Assembly: GCA_963719495.1 (NCBI GenBank)
Contig: CAVRCI010000002.1
Location: forward strand, 704,001 to 768,000
From: an uncultured Verrucomicrobiae bacterium
GTDB taxonomy: Bacteria > Verrucomicrobiota > Verrucomicrobiia > Chthoniobacterales > JAATET01
Direction of reading: 5' to 3'
Length of the DNA: 64,000 nucleotides
The notes under the pieces were generated by a model. The model made no database searches and was not told where the DNA came from. It was given only the letters and a program-made list of their open reading frames with translations. Positions 12,676 through 25,233 of this stretch are shown one piece after another; positions within the stretch are counted from its first letter, which is position 1; the number at the start of each line of letters is the position of its first letter. The position numbers and the translations under genes are program-made.

Positions 12676-12726
12676 CCAAAAATCCGCCCGAAGGGCCTAG
12701 CCATTTCTCATTCCCCATTTCTCATT

Positions 12727-14368
<1,642 letters not shown>

Positions 14369-14375
14369 CCGGTTA

Positions 14376-14579
14376 CTATAACCGCGTCACGTTGCGGGCA
14401 CGCGAACCTTTTTCGTCCTCGTAGAGTTCGTATTCGACGGTTTCCTCCTCTTTGAGGGTCTTGAATCCGTCGGTCACGATGGCGGAGTAGTGGACGAAGA
14501 TGTCGGTCGGGACATCGGGATCGACGATGAATCCGAAGCCTTTTTTGTCGTTGAACCACTTTACCGTTCCTCGTGCCAT
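14376..14579 (-). CDS. Cold-shock protein
   Basis: [24 protein letters not shown]. Confidence 0.95.
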   Translation of the reverse strand: MARGTVKWFNDKKGFGFIVDPDVPTDIFVHYSAIVTDGFKTLKEEETVEYELYEDEKGSRARNVTRL

Positions 14580-14708
14580 GATACTGCTAATGGGTGGTTG
14601 ATTGGGCGGGGATTGGGCCCGCCCGGATTGCGACTATGGGGCCGGCGGGAGGCGGGTCAATCGGTTAAACGTTCCAAATTCGGCGCGAGGCGGTTTATAC
14701 AGGGCGGA

Positions 14709-15203
14709 ATGAAATCGCAGCCGTTGGTGGGAGTCGTGATGGGGAGCAAATCGGATTGGGAAACCATGCGCGAGTCGTGCGTTCTGCTCGAAGCACTTGG
14801 CGTGCCACACGAACGGCGGGTGGTGTCGGCGCACCGGACTCCGGATTTGCTGACGGATTACGCGAAATCGGCGGCGGACCGGGGGCTGCGAGCGATCATC
14901 GCGGGGGCGGGGGGGGCGGCGCATTTGCCGGGGATGCTGGCGGCGCACACGTTGGTTCCGGTGTTGGGGGTGCCAGTGAAGAGTCGGGCTCTGGCGGGGA
15001 TGGACTCGTTGCTTTCGATCGTGCAGATGCCGGCGGGGGTGCCGGTGGCGACGTTTGCGATCGGGGTGGCGGGGGCGAAGAACGCGGCGATTTTTGCGGC
15101 GCAGATGCTGGCGGGTTCGGATGCGGGGGTGCGCGGGGCGCTGGAGGAGTTTCGAAGGGAGCAGACGGCGGGGGTGCTGGGGAGCGAGCTTGGCGACCTC
15201 TGA
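14709..15203 (+). CDS. purE: N5-CAIR mutase
   Basis: [31 protein letters not shown]. Confidence 0.96.
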   Translation: MKSQPLVGVVMGSKSDWETMRESCVLLEALGVPHERRVVSAHRTPDLLTDYAKSAADRGLRAIIAGAGGAAHLPGMLAAHTLVPVLGVPVKSRALAGMDSLLSIVQMPAGVPVATFAIGVAGAKNAAIFAAQMLAGSDAGVRGALEEFRREQTAGVLGSELGDL

Positions 15204-15333
15204 TTTTTGGTGAGGTTTTTAACCGCGGATTACGCGGATTATGCGGATGGGTGAGGTGAATTTTTTTACCGCGGAGAACGGGAAAGATTGGTATGGTTGC
15301 TGAGTTTTCGACGAATCGGACTTTGGCGGACCG

Positions 15334-15390
15334 AGTGGAATCGGCTTCCAGCCGATTTTGGGTTGGTGATCGGCTAGAAGCCGATGCCAC
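15334..15390. repeat. REP-like palindrome doublet (related copy about 36733-36782)
   Basis: GTGGAATCGGCTTCCAGCCGAT...ATCGGCTAGAAGCCGATGCCAC. Confidence 0.7.
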
Positions 15391-15408
15391 GATCGGGGGA
15401 TTGTTAGA

Positions 15409-16374
15409 ATGGTGACTTGGGTCTCAAGGGCGGATCAGAGTGGGGTCGCGGACGCCGTGCGGATTCTGTCGGCTGGGCGGTGCGTGGGGTTGCCGACCGA
15501 GACGGTTTATGGTCTGGCGGCGGATGGGTTGGACGCGGTGGCTTGTGCCCGGATTTTCGAGGCGAAGGGGCGGCCTTTGACGGATCCTTTGATTTTGCAC
15601 GTGCCGGATGGGGATTGGCTGGATCGGTTGGCGGTGGGGGGGGATTTGGCTCGGCGTTTGGCGGATCGTTTTTGGCCGGGGCCTTTGACGATGGTGCTGC
15701 CCCGGCGAGACTTCGTGCCGGATCTGGTGACGGCGGGGCAGGAGACGGTGGCTGTGCGGATGAGCGCTCATCCGGTGATGCGGGCGGTGCTGGCGGAGTT
15801 TGGGAAGCCGGTGGCGGCACCGAGCGCGAATCGGTTTGGGCGGATCAGTCCGACATCGGCGGCGGACGTGGTGGCGGAATTGGGCGGGCGGATTCCGCTG
15901 GTGGTCGACGGTGGGGCGTGTGAGCACGGGATCGAGTCGACGATCGTGTTGGTGGACGAGGAGCGGATTGGGATTTTGCGTCCGGGGCCGATTTCCGCAG
16001 GCGAGTTGGGAAGATTTGCCGAGGTCAGGCGGGTGGTGAACGCTCCGGTCGCGCCCGGTTCGCTGGAGAGTCACTACGCGCCGCTGACTCCGCTGGAGAT
16101 CGTTGGGGAGGTGCCCGAAATGGGGTCGATGGGGGCGGCGGCGCTGTTGTTTCGACGGCGGATCACGGTTGGGTATCGCGCGGTCGAGGTCCTTTCCGAT
16201 GCGGGCGACCCGCGGGAGGCGGCGGCGAATCTCTACGGCGCGATGCGGCGGCTGGACGCGAGCGGGGCGCAGCGAATCGTGGCGGGTGAGGTGCCCGATG
16301 GGGGGATCGGGGGTGCCATCATGGACCGGCTGCGGCGGGCGGCGGCGAAATCGCGGGATGCGTTGAATTGTTGA
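15409..16374 (+). CDS. L-threonylcarbamoyladenylate synthase (Sua5/TsaC)
   Basis: PTETVYGL, KGRP..PLILH, FWPGPLT, APSAN, SHYAP. Confidence 0.93.
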   Translation: MVTWVSRADQSGVADAVRILSAGRCVGLPTETVYGLAADGLDAVACARIFEAKGRPLTDPLILHVPDGDWLDRLAVGGDLARRLADRFWPGPLTMVLPRRDFVPDLVTAGQETVAVRMSAHPVMRAVLAEFGKPVAAPSANRFGRISPTSAADVVAELGGRIPLVVDGGACEHGIESTIVLVDEERIGILRPGPISAGELGRFAEVRRVVNAPVAPGSLESHYAPLTPLEIVGEVPEMGSMGAAALLFRRRITVGYRAVEVLSDAGDPREAAANLYGAMRRLDASGAQRIVAGEVPDGGIGGAIMDRLRRAAAKSRDALNC

Positions 16375-16442
16375 GGCTGTTTCCGGTTGTCGGCGGCGGA
16401 TTGCCGTGTCAGTTACGACGATGATGATGCTCCATCCTTCCA

Positions 16443-19400
16443 ATGCTTGATCCGAGCAGATTGCTGACAGCGTCGGTGATCGTCCTGATGACGATTCTGG
16501 TGCCGGTCGCGGGAGCTCAGGGCGTGGTTATTTCCTCCTGGTTCGATGCGGAGGGCAGGCGCTGGGATGACGGTGTTTGGACCAGTGGCGTTCCGAATGG
16601 TGCGGGGGACGCCGCCACGATCCGATTTGCGGATGGGCCTCCGGGCCGCTTTGACGCTGCGAGGATCGAGGTCCCGCAGCCGCTGGTGCTTGCCGCGCTC
16701 TCGCTCGAAGCGCGCAATCGATTTTTTGAGTTTGGTGCCTTTGGGCAGACGTTGACGTTCGAAAGGGTTTCCGGGAGCGGCCAGAACCTGCTGTCACTCT
16801 ACGGATCGGGGGCGCGGATTCTGACTGGAATCGTCGCGGGTAACCTCGGAATTCAAGCGCGGACATCGGCCCATTTTGGGTCTGGGATCCAATCCAGCGG
16901 CCGTTTGGAAATCCGCGCCGCAGATTCGTTGTCCGTTGCGGGAGGGGTGTCGGCTGAATCAATGTTACTTGAACTCGATTCGGGATTTTCCGGACCCGGA
17001 CCGCAGAAGACAGTGGTTTCCGGAGCTCTTTCCTCGAGGTTCGATTTGACGATCCGTTCGCAGGGTTTCGGACCGGAGGGGGATTCCGTGGTGGTGAACG
17101 ACGCGGTTTCCGCCGGGAAGATCACCCTTCGGAATCAGGGCGATGCGACGTCCTTGCTCAGGATCGCCGGACCGGTCTCGGCGGAGAACTCGGTTGAATT
17201 CGACGCTGGACGCGGCGTTCTCAAGGTCGATCAAGTCTTGCGCGGGAAGGTTACGGCGAGTGGTCGGGTTGGCAGCCTGATCGAGGTCGGGCTGGGGCGT
17301 GAGGCGGGCAAAGTCGGATTTTTTCAAGACGGGAGTGTGCGGATCAACGCGGTTGATTCGGGTTACTCTGGAGAACTGTTTGGACGCGTTGGCGAAGTTT
17401 TTGACGTTGCGGCTGATCTGACGCTTCAGCGGATCGAAAATCTGGAGGTCGGGACGATGCGGCTGTCGGTGGGTGGCAAGGTCGACGTCCGGGCGCTGGC
17501 GGGAGACGGTCCGACCGTCGAGTTGGCGGGAGGTGAGCTGCGGGTCCCGGTGTCGGGTTCGATTGAGGGATTGGCGATGGAGGCGACCCGGGGGCAGTCG
17601 GTGATCAACTTCGCCGACCCGTCGGGCGCTCCTGAATTATCGGCGGATTCTCTCGGGGTGGCTTCGGGTTCGCTCGTGGTGGTGCGAAGGGATGGCAGGG
17701 CGGGCGATCCCGTCATCCGGCTGAAGGAGTCGACTCCTGAAATGAGCGGAAGCGGGGCGCTCAAAACGGATTCGGTGGGAATCGTCAAGGGTGTGGTTTT
17801 CGATTCGACGGCTTCGGCGGGGGCGGGGTTTGCGACCTACGACGCGACCGCTGAGACAATGCGGGCATTGACGGAGTCGGAGTATCGAAACGCGGTCGGC
17901 GCTGGAGCGAACGTGAAGTTGAGTGCGGGATTGGTGACGGCAGGTGATGGAATCGGGGTGAATTCGCTGGTTCTGGACGGCGGGGCGGATCTGCGGTTTC
18001 CGGGCGCGGAGTTTGGGATTGCGAGTGGAATGGTGGTGTCGACGGGGGTAGAGCCGAACGTGATCGGTTTCGGCGCGGGGGGTGGTCAGCGGATCGTCGG
18101 CGCGGGTGGCGCGGTGCAATTCTTTACCGGGACGGATCTCACGCTGAACGTGGGAGTGGACGGGACGCTGGTGAAATCGGGGGACGCGCGGTTGATTTTA
18201 GAACCGGGTGGATCGGCGACCACGGGGGTCGTGGTGAACCGGGGGACGCTGGACGTGAAGGGCGGGCAGCAATTTGGCGAGGTGACGGTCCGATCCGGGG
18301 GGAAGTTGAGGAGTGATTCCAGCGTGATTCTGGACGATCTCGGCACGACCCGGATCGAGGCTGGAGGGCGCTGGGAGTTGGACGGATACGAGCAGGCGCT
18401 GACGGGACTGAGTGGTCGGGGCACGGTTGTCGGCGTGAACGAGTGGAGGGCGGCTCGATTTGAGTATGATCCGAATCCGACGGGTGCCGGACCGAACGAA
18501 CCGGTGGAGCTGGGGATCGAGTTTGCCGGAAATCTGGATCTGGTGATTGGTAGTGGGGCTCCGATTGCGCTGACGGGGCAATCGACGCACACGGGCGAGA
18601 CCCTGATCCTGGGCGAGGTCAGGTTGGGGGCGGACAATGCCTTGTCTCCGCATTCGGCGTTGCGGGTGGCTCCCACGCTGCATTTGGATGGTTATCGCGC
18701 GACGGCGGCGGGATTGAGGGTCGGCGGGTTTGGGGTGATCGACGGAGGGGACGGGGCGACGCGGGGTGAACTGACGTTGGTTTTGGCCGACGGGGTAATC
18801 GAAACGGCGAGGGGGCTTCGGATCGAGGGCGGGACGCGGATTGTCAAGCGGGGAGCGGGGACGCAGACACTGGTCGATTCCAATTTATTGGATGCGCACG
18901 GGGGCGCGGAATTCGAAGTGCAGGCGGGGACGTTGGTGATCGATGAAGGGCAGTGGGGTGGGCGGGGCCAGGTGCGAATTGGGAATGGGGGGACGCTGGA
19001 GGTGCGGACGGTACCGGATGGATTTGTCGAGGTCGTCGACGTGGCGGGCGGAGCGGTGGTGCGGCGGGATTCGCACATTTTCGAGGGTGAAGCGGCGCAC
19101 CGGTATCGGCAGGAGGCGGGGTCGCGGACGGAGTTCGAACTTTTACGGATGGAGGGATTCGAGGTTTACGAGGCCGGGTTTTCGGAGGCGGGAGGGGGTG
19201 ACACGATCAGCGACGTCATCGAGTTGAACTCGATTGCGGACTTTCAGTTCGTGTTGCAGATCGGATTCGATGCGGTGGCGTTGGCGGATTCGCTGAGTGA
19301 TCTGCGCGTGGGCTGGTTCGATGGCGGGGAGTGGATCGAGGCGGTGCTGGGGAATTCCGCGGGTGAGGGACGATTCGTGGGTCGCGGCGCGTGGGACGGG

Positions 19401-19610
19401 GAATTCGAGTTGGGGGAGTGGGGGTTGGACGCGGACGCGGGCCGGATCTGGGCGGTGCTCGATTACGGCGGGGAATTTTCCGTGATCGCGGTGCCGGAGG
19501 CGGGGACGTGGGGGTTGGTCGTAATGGGGTTGGCGGGGCTGCTGGTGGTGCGCGTTTGGCGGGGTGGTGCGCGGGCTGGGGGCTCACGTGGCGGAGCGGC
19601 GGCTCCGTGA
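16443..19610 (+). CDS. Large secreted beta-strand-repeat protein with PEP-CTERM-type anchor
   Basis: Signal peptide; LVKSGDARLIL and IVKRGAGTQTL repeats; VPEAGTWGL + TM + basic tail. Confidence 0.8.
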   Translation: MLDPSRLLTASVIVLMTILVPVAGAQGVVISSWFDAEGRRWDDGVWTSGVPNGAGDAATIRFADGPPGRFDAARIEVPQPLVLAALSLEARNRFFEFGAFGQTLTFERVSGSGQNLLSLYGSGARILTGIVAGNLGIQARTSAHFGSGIQSSGRLEIRAADSLSVAGGVSAESMLLELDSGFSGPGPQKTVVSGALSSRFDLTIRSQGFGPEGDSVVVNDAVSAGKITLRNQGDATSLLRIAGPVSAENSVEFDAGRGVLKVDQVLRGKVTASGRVGSLIEVGLGREAGKVGFFQDGSVRINAVDSGYSGELFGRVGEVFDVAADLTLQRIENLEVGTMRLSVGGKVDVRALAGDGPTVELAGGELRVPVSGSIEGLAMEATRGQSVINFADPSGAPELSADSLGVASGSLVVVRRDGRAGDPVIRLKESTPEMSGSGALKTDSVGIVKGVVFDSTASAGAGFATYDATAETMRALTESEYRNAVGAGANVKLSAGLVTAGDGIGVNSLVLDGGADLRFPGAEFGIASGMVVSTGVEPNVIGFGAGGGQRIVGAGGAVQFFTGTDLTLNVGVDGTLVKSGDARLILEPGGSATTGVVVNRGTLDVKGGQQFGEVTVRSGGKLRSDSSVILDDLGTTRIEAGGRWELDGYEQALTGLSGRGTVVGVNEWRAARFEYDPNPTGAGPNEPVELGIEFAGNLDLVIGSGAPIALTGQSTHTGETLILGEVRLGADNALSPHSALRVAPTLHLDGYRATAAGLRVGGFGVIDGGDGATRGELTLVLADGVIETARGLRIEGGTRIVKRGAGTQTLVDSNLLDAHGGAEFEVQAGTLVIDEGQWGGRGQVRIGNGGTLEVRTVPDGFVEVVDVAGGAVVRRDSHIFEGEAAHRYRQEAGSRTEFELLRMEGFEVYEAGFSEAGGGDTISDVIELNSIADFQFVLQIGFDAVALADSLSDLRVGWFDGGEWIEAVLGNSAGEGRFVGRGAWDGEFELGEWGLDADAGRIWAVLDYGGEFSVIAVPEAGTWGLVVMGLAGLLVVRVWRGGARAGGSRGGAAAP

Positions 19611-19869
19611 TGGGAGTGTTGAGAATGTTGGCTGCGCCATCTGATTTGGGTAGGATCGGTGATCGCAAATCGCCACTCCGGAGCCGTGGATTGTCGATTT
19701 GGAGGGGGGAAGTGGCGCGTTGCGCTTTCGCACGCGCGGTGGGCTGGAAGCTCGGCGCGACAGGCTGGAAGCCCGTTTTCCCCGGTTTTGATGGGGTTTG
19801 CCGGTGAACCCGGACGTGGTGACCCGGGTATTCGCTGTTTTCTGTCGGTTCGCGGGATATCGTCTGGTC

Positions 19870-21972
19870 ATGAGGATCACGCGTCAGCTGGTTGCCGTCA
19901 TCGTTTTGGTTTCGAGCGGGCTTGGGGGCCGGGCGTTGGCGGATGACTACACGCTCGAGCTGGTTGATCAGACGGGGTTGAACGCCGCGGATTTCTCGAT
20001 CTACGCGATGGGTTTCGCCTACGCGAATGATTTGGTGCTGGGTCCCGCGGGGACGTTCGTGACGCAGAGTTCGGGAACGGTGACGAGTTACAAGGTGGGC
20101 ACCGGGCCGGGCGAGATCAGCCGGATTTTACTCGATCCGGTGAAGCCCTTTACCGGGGGGCGCATCTATTTCTTCATCGCTCCAGCGGGGACGGCCGCGC
20201 CGACGGTGCCGTTTTCTCAGCAACCGACGAATCCACCCAACGCGCCGCCGCCGCCAGCGGTCCCGTTTCCGCCGTATTCGATCCTCGAGATCACCGTGCC
20301 GGCGGCGACTGCGCCCGTACCGCCCGCGATCTTGCCGACGGCCAATCCCGCGACGGCCGACATCCAGACGGTCGATGGATTCATCTTCCCGCTGACGATG
20401 ACGCTCGACGGGCCGACGAACGTGGCGGGCAAGCAATACGGGCAGCCGGTTTACGCGGCGGGTCAGAGTCCGCTCGTCAATCGGGCCGATATTTTCAAAT
20501 CCTACGCGGCCTTCATGGCGGGGGAGGGGGCGCTCGGGAGTGCGTTTGCCGGGCTTACGTTCCAGCCCGGGAGCCTTGCGGGACAGGCCGGAGGCATTCT
20601 CAATCCCGGCGCGTTTCTGACGACCGTGAATCTAAAGAACGAATACCAGAATCTCGCCAGTCCTCTGAACGCGGTCTTCGACGCGGATCTGGCGACGTTG
20701 TTCGGCGCGGCGACGCTCCGGCTTTCCGGCGTCGCCTCGGGGAACGGAAGTTCGGGCGCGCCGATTGCCAAGCAGAATTACACGGCCAGCATCGTGACGG
20801 TCGCCTATCCGGGGACGGCGGTGTTTCTGCCAGCTCTGAGGTTCACCGGCGACACGAACGGCGAGGTGTTCCACGTGTTCAATCCACTGGGAATGGCGGT
20901 GCTCAAGGACGCGGCGGGCGATGGGATCGTCGGGACGATCACGACCGGAGCCGCCCCCGCCCAGTCGGTGCTGACGTTGGCCGCCCCGGTGAGTGGCCTG
21001 TCGGTTGGAATGTACGTTAATGGGGCCGGGCTCGAGCTGGACGGAAAATCGTCGCAGACGCGAATCGCCGCGATCAGCGGCAACGCAATCACGCTGGACA
21101 CACCGAATCAGGCGGTCGGCAACCCGGCGGCGAATTCGCAGTATTCGTTCTCGAAGCTGCCGCAGCTGACGAGCTTCCAGACGCCGGGGCAGATGGTCCT
21201 GGCGAATAGCGGCGTCTTCGCCGACAGCACGGTTCAGGAGGCGGACGGCAGCGCTCGGGCGACGGTGCTCGGGAATCTGGAAAATCAGATCGTGAGCGCG
21301 CTGAACCGCGGGGTCGCGGTGGACGCGACGGCGCTGGATCCTGGTGCCGCGGGCGGGACGTCGGCGGTGTGGGGCGACCAGCGGACGTGGTATCCGGCCG
21401 GGAAGACGCAGAATCTTTTCTCGCTCTTCATGCACGTTGGCCAGAGCAGTGGGGAGCCGATTTTCTTCCGGCCGCTGAACGCCGCGGCGTTCCCGAACGC
21501 GCGGGGTCAGGTGATGGGATCGGCCTATGGGTTCGCCTACGACGAGAATGGCGGACCAGTTGGGCCAGCTCCCGCCGGGCAACCGGAGGTGCCTTCGAAG
21601 TTCGACGGGAACATCCCACCCGGGGCGACGGTTCAGGTCACGTTTGGTCCGTGGAAGGGGGCGGCTGTGCCGAGTCCAACGCCGGTGCCCGTCGCCGCTC
21701 CGGCGGTGAAGGTGAACGGCAAAAAGGTCATTCGGTCGAGCCGGAATCTGGTCAAAATCGGCGGGACGGCGGAGGGGACGCGGCTGAACGTGAAGTTCAA
21801 AAAGAAGCCGGGGAAGGTCGTGACGCGGCGCGTGAAGGTGCGGGGCAATGGCCGCTGGGTTTTCAAACTGCGTCCCAAGTCGAAGACGACGGTGCTGAAA
21901 TTTTACGCGCTGGGTGAGGACGGCGACCGCTCGCGGGTGCGACGGGTGAAGGTGATCGCGACGGGGGAGTGA
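19870..21972 (+). CDS. Secreted protein, possibly GH64-like beta-1,3-glucanase, with a basic C-terminal domain
   Basis: Signal peptide; DIQTVDGFIFPL, NQIVSALNRGV, AYGFAYDE resemble GH64 motifs. Confidence 0.5.
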   Translation: MRITRQLVAVIVLVSSGLGGRALADDYTLELVDQTGLNAADFSIYAMGFAYANDLVLGPAGTFVTQSSGTVTSYKVGTGPGEISRILLDPVKPFTGGRIYFFIAPAGTAAPTVPFSQQPTNPPNAPPPPAVPFPPYSILEITVPAATAPVPPAILPTANPATADIQTVDGFIFPLTMTLDGPTNVAGKQYGQPVYAAGQSPLVNRADIFKSYAAFMAGEGALGSAFAGLTFQPGSLAGQAGGILNPGAFLTTVNLKNEYQNLASPLNAVFDADLATLFGAATLRLSGVASGNGSSGAPIAKQNYTASIVTVAYPGTAVFLPALRFTGDTNGEVFHVFNPLGMAVLKDAAGDGIVGTITTGAAPAQSVLTLAAPVSGLSVGMYVNGAGLELDGKSSQTRIAAISGNAITLDTPNQAVGNPAANSQYSFSKLPQLTSFQTPGQMVLANSGVFADSTVQEADGSARATVLGNLENQIVSALNRGVAVDATALDPGAAGGTSAVWGDQRTWYPAGKTQNLFSLFMHVGQSSGEPIFFRPLNAAAFPNARGQVMGSAYGFAYDENGGPVGPAPAGQPEVPSKFDGNIPPGATVQVTFGPWKGAAVPSPTPVPVAAPAVKVNGKKVIRSSRNLVKIGGTAEGTRLNVKFKKKPGKVVTRRVKVRGNGRWVFKLRPKSKTTVLKFYALGEDGDRSRVRRVKVIATGE

Positions 21973-22194
21973 GGCTTCGGAAGTTTTGTGCGCGCGCCGG
22001 GTTTGGCGATCGGCGAACTGGTCGGAGCGTTTCGGTCTTTCGCCAGATCGCCGTCAAAATCAGCGGTTTGAAAGAGAGTTTCAATCATAAAACGTTGAAG
22101 GAGAATTGGAAACGTCGATAAAAAGATCGCCGGTTTTCCTCGAATTAGCAACCGTTTTAACCGATCGTGACGATAGTTGAATGCCGAAGACGAG

Positions 22195-23427
22195 ATGCAG
22201 CCACCGGAGACAATCGAACTCTACCAAACCGTCGATGCATTCGAACCCTTGCTGCCTGGGCGGGGGAGGATCGAGTTGGCGGAGCTGACCGCGGAAATTT
22301 TTGCGACATCGGGCAAACTCACCTCCGCGCTACCGTCGGCCTGGGTTTGATCCAGGATCGCGGCGCTGGTCCGGGAAATGAACAGCTACTACTCGAATCT
22401 CATTGAGGGTCGTAAGACGTCTCCGCGCGACATCGAGCGTGCCTTGGCGAACGATTTCTCGGCAAGTCCAGCGAAACGCCGCAACCAATTGTTGGGCGTC
22501 GCCTACATCCGCACGGACGAGGCGATGCGGAGGCGACTGGAGTCCGAATGCGAGTTGGATGTCTTCGGAGTCGAATTCATCAAGTGGCTGCATTGCGAAT
22601 TTTTTTCGGCGTTGCCTCCAGAGGAGAGGATCGCCAAATCGAAAAACGGAGAACTTTACGAGATCGAGCCGGGTGAAATTCGCACTTTCAACGTTGATGT
22701 CGGTCGCTACACGCCTCCCAACCACACTTCGCTTGGTGATTTCTTAGAGCGGTTTCGACGCGCGTATTCGAATAACCAAATCCTGGCGACAAACCGGTTG
22801 ATCGCGGCCGCCGCGGCGCATCATCGCCTGGCGTGGATTCATCCCTTTGGCGATGGAAATGGGCGGGTCGCTCGGCTGCAGTCGCAGGCGGCTCTCATTC
22901 GGGCGGGCGTCGATGGGGGTGGCTTGTGGACTCTGTCGCGCGGGCTGGCGAGAGCGCGCGGGGAGTATTATCGGCATTTACAGAATGCTGACTCGAGGCG
23001 GCGCAGTGATCTGGACGGTCGAGGTAATCTAAGCGACTTGGCCTTGGGTGGGTTTTGCAGCTTTTTTCTTCAGCAAGTGCTCGATCAAATGACGTTTATG
23101 CTAGGGTTGATTCGGCCTTTCGACTTGCGGGTGCGGGTCGAGAACTACCTTCGTTTCGTCAGGATGGACTTGGAGCCGACCAAGCGGGAGCATCTTGTCA
23201 GTCTGCTCTCGCGACTGTGCGTCGACGGCGAAATGGTCCGGGGTGACGTTCCGCGATTGCTAGGCGTCAAAGACACGGTTTCCCGGGAGGTCGTTCGGGC
23301 GGCACTCGGGGAAGGGCTGATCGAATCTCCCAGCGCGAAGGGGGTGCTGCGGATCAGTTTTCCGGCGAAAGTCGGGGAGCACTACTTTCCGATGCTCTTT
23401 GTGGATCTGCCCGTGGATGCCGGGTGA
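22195..23427 (+). pseudogene. Fic-family protein with one in-frame TGA at 22348-22350
   Basis: HPFGDGNGRVAR motif; frame continues upstream as MQPPETIELYQTVDAFEPLLP..SAWV*SRIAALVREMNSYYS. Confidence 0.75.
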
Positions 23428-23526
23428 CGCGGGGTTCGGGGGTTGGGGGTGGCTTGGGTGGGGGGAGTGGCGCTTCGCGCTTTGGAACGAGGTGCCGACC
23501 TGGAAGGTCGGCACGGCGACCAGGAT

Positions 23527-23577
23527 GGTCGCGGTCCCCAGGTCGCGGTCCCCGGGTCGCGGTCCCCAGGTCGCGGT
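23527..23577. repeat. 14-bp tandem repeat, about 3.6 copies
   Basis: GGTCGCGGTCCCCR units. Confidence 0.85.
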
Positions 23578-23628
23578 GCGCCCGGGTTGACGCGGGGTTC
23601 CGCCGACTTTAGAAGAGCGGCCTTCTTT

Positions 23629-25233
23629 ATGGGTGACCACAAGTTGAATACCCGGGCTTCGGGGGTGGTGGCGGTAGCGGTGATGTGCTCGCGGGTGCTC
23701 GGGCTGGTGCGGGAGATTCTGTTTTCGGCGCTGTTTGGGTCGAAGTTGCTGGGGATTTTCATCGTCGCGTTTCGGGCTCCGAATTTGTTGCGTGATCTCT
23801 TCGCCGAGGGGGCGCTTTCGACGGCGTTCATCACGGTTTTTTCGAAGAAGATCGAGACGGAGGGGCCGAACGCGGCTTGGGGACTGGCGGCCAAGATGTT
23901 GACGCTGGCGACTGTTTTCATGAGCGCGGTGACGGTGTTGGGGGTGGTCTTTGCGGAGCCGCTGATCGATCTGATGGCGGGTGGGTTTGCGCAGGAGAAC
24001 CGGGAGGTCACGATTCTGCTCACGCGCATCATGTTTCCGTTCATTCTGCTGGTGTCCCTGGCGGCGCTGGTGATGGGGATGTTGAATTCGCGGAACGTTT
24101 TCGGCGTGCCGGCGATGGCTTCGAGTTTTTTCAACATCGGGTCGATCGTGGGCGGGCTGGGGCTTGGGTGGTGGCTAGACCCGGCTTTCGGGGAGCGGGC
24201 CTTGATCGGGTTGGCGCTGGGGACGTTGATCGGCGGGTTGCTGCAATTGGTGGTGCAGGTGCCGAGTCTGGGGAAGGTGGGGTTCCGATTCCGGCCTGAC
24301 TTCGCGTGGCGGGATGAGGGTGTGCGGCGGACTTTGACGTTGATGATCCCGTCGGTGATCGCGGCGAGCGCGGTGCAGGTGAACGTGCTGGTGAACACGA
24401 GCTTTGCGACCTACACGCCGGGTGGGCCCTCGGCGGTGACGTGGCTCAACAACTCGTTCCGGCTGATGCAGCTGCCGCTGGGAATCTTTGGCGTGGCGGT
24501 GGCGACGGTGACGTTGCCGGTGGTGTCGCGGATTGCGGCGAGCGGGGATCGGGGTCAATTTGGCCCGACGCTCGGAAAGGCGCTGCGGCTGGCGGTTTTT
24601 CTGACTTTGCCTTCGGCGGTTGGACTTTATTTTTTAGCGCATCCGATCATCGACGTGATTTATCAGCGCGGCGGGTTCCTGCCGGAGGATTCGTTGCAGA
24701 CGGGCTTGGCGCTGCAGCTTTACGCGATGGGGCTGGTGGCCTACGCCGGGATCAAGGTGTTCTCGCCGGCGTTTTACGCGATCGATCGGAAGTGGACGCC
24801 GATGACGGTGAGTTTCGGGTCGATTGCGTTGAACATTGGGCTGAATTACTACCTGATCTTCGTGGCGGGATGGGGTCATCGCGGGCTGGCGCTTTCCACG
24901 GCGGTGTCGGCAACTTTGAATTTTCTCACGCTCTACGTGCTGATGGGTCGGGCGACGGGAAATCTGGAGACCTGGCGGGTTCTCAGTTCGGTCGGGCGGT
25001 GCGTGGTGGCGGCGGCGGGGTTGGGCGCGGTTTGCTGGGGGGCGGTTTGGTGGTTTGGCGAGGCGCTGCTGGTCGGGCCGTTGTTGGTGCGGCTGGCCTT
25101 GATCGGTGGGGTGATCGGGGTGGCGGCGGTCGTGTATGCGGGGCTGTGCTGGGTGCTGCGGGTGGAGGCGATGCGGGACGCGGGAAATGTGGTGAACCGG
25201 AAGCTGGGTCGCGGGCGTAGAAGCGCGTCATGA
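23629..25233 (+). CDS. murJ: Lipid II flippase MurJ
   Basis: SRVLGLVRE, AFRAPNLLRDLFAEGALSTAF, RLMQLPLG. Confidence 0.95.
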   Translation: MGDHKLNTRASGVVAVAVMCSRVLGLVREILFSALFGSKLLGIFIVAFRAPNLLRDLFAEGALSTAFITVFSKKIETEGPNAAWGLAAKMLTLATVFMSAVTVLGVVFAEPLIDLMAGGFAQENREVTILLTRIMFPFILLVSLAALVMGMLNSRNVFGVPAMASSFFNIGSIVGGLGLGWWLDPAFGERALIGLALGTLIGGLLQLVVQVPSLGKVGFRFRPDFAWRDEGVRRTLTLMIPSVIAASAVQVNVLVNTSFATYTPGGPSAVTWLNNSFRLMQLPLGIFGVAVATVTLPVVSRIAASGDRGQFGPTLGKALRLAVFLTLPSAVGLYFLAHPIIDVIYQRGGFLPEDSLQTGLALQLYAMGLVAYAGIKVFSPAFYAIDRKWTPMTVSFGSIALNIGLNYYLIFVAGWGHRGLALSTAVSATLNFLTLYVLMGRATGNLETWRVLSSVGRCVVAAAGLGAVCWGAVWWFGEALLVGPLLVRLALIGGVIGVAAVVYAGLCWVLRVEAMRDAGNVVNRKLGRGRRSAS

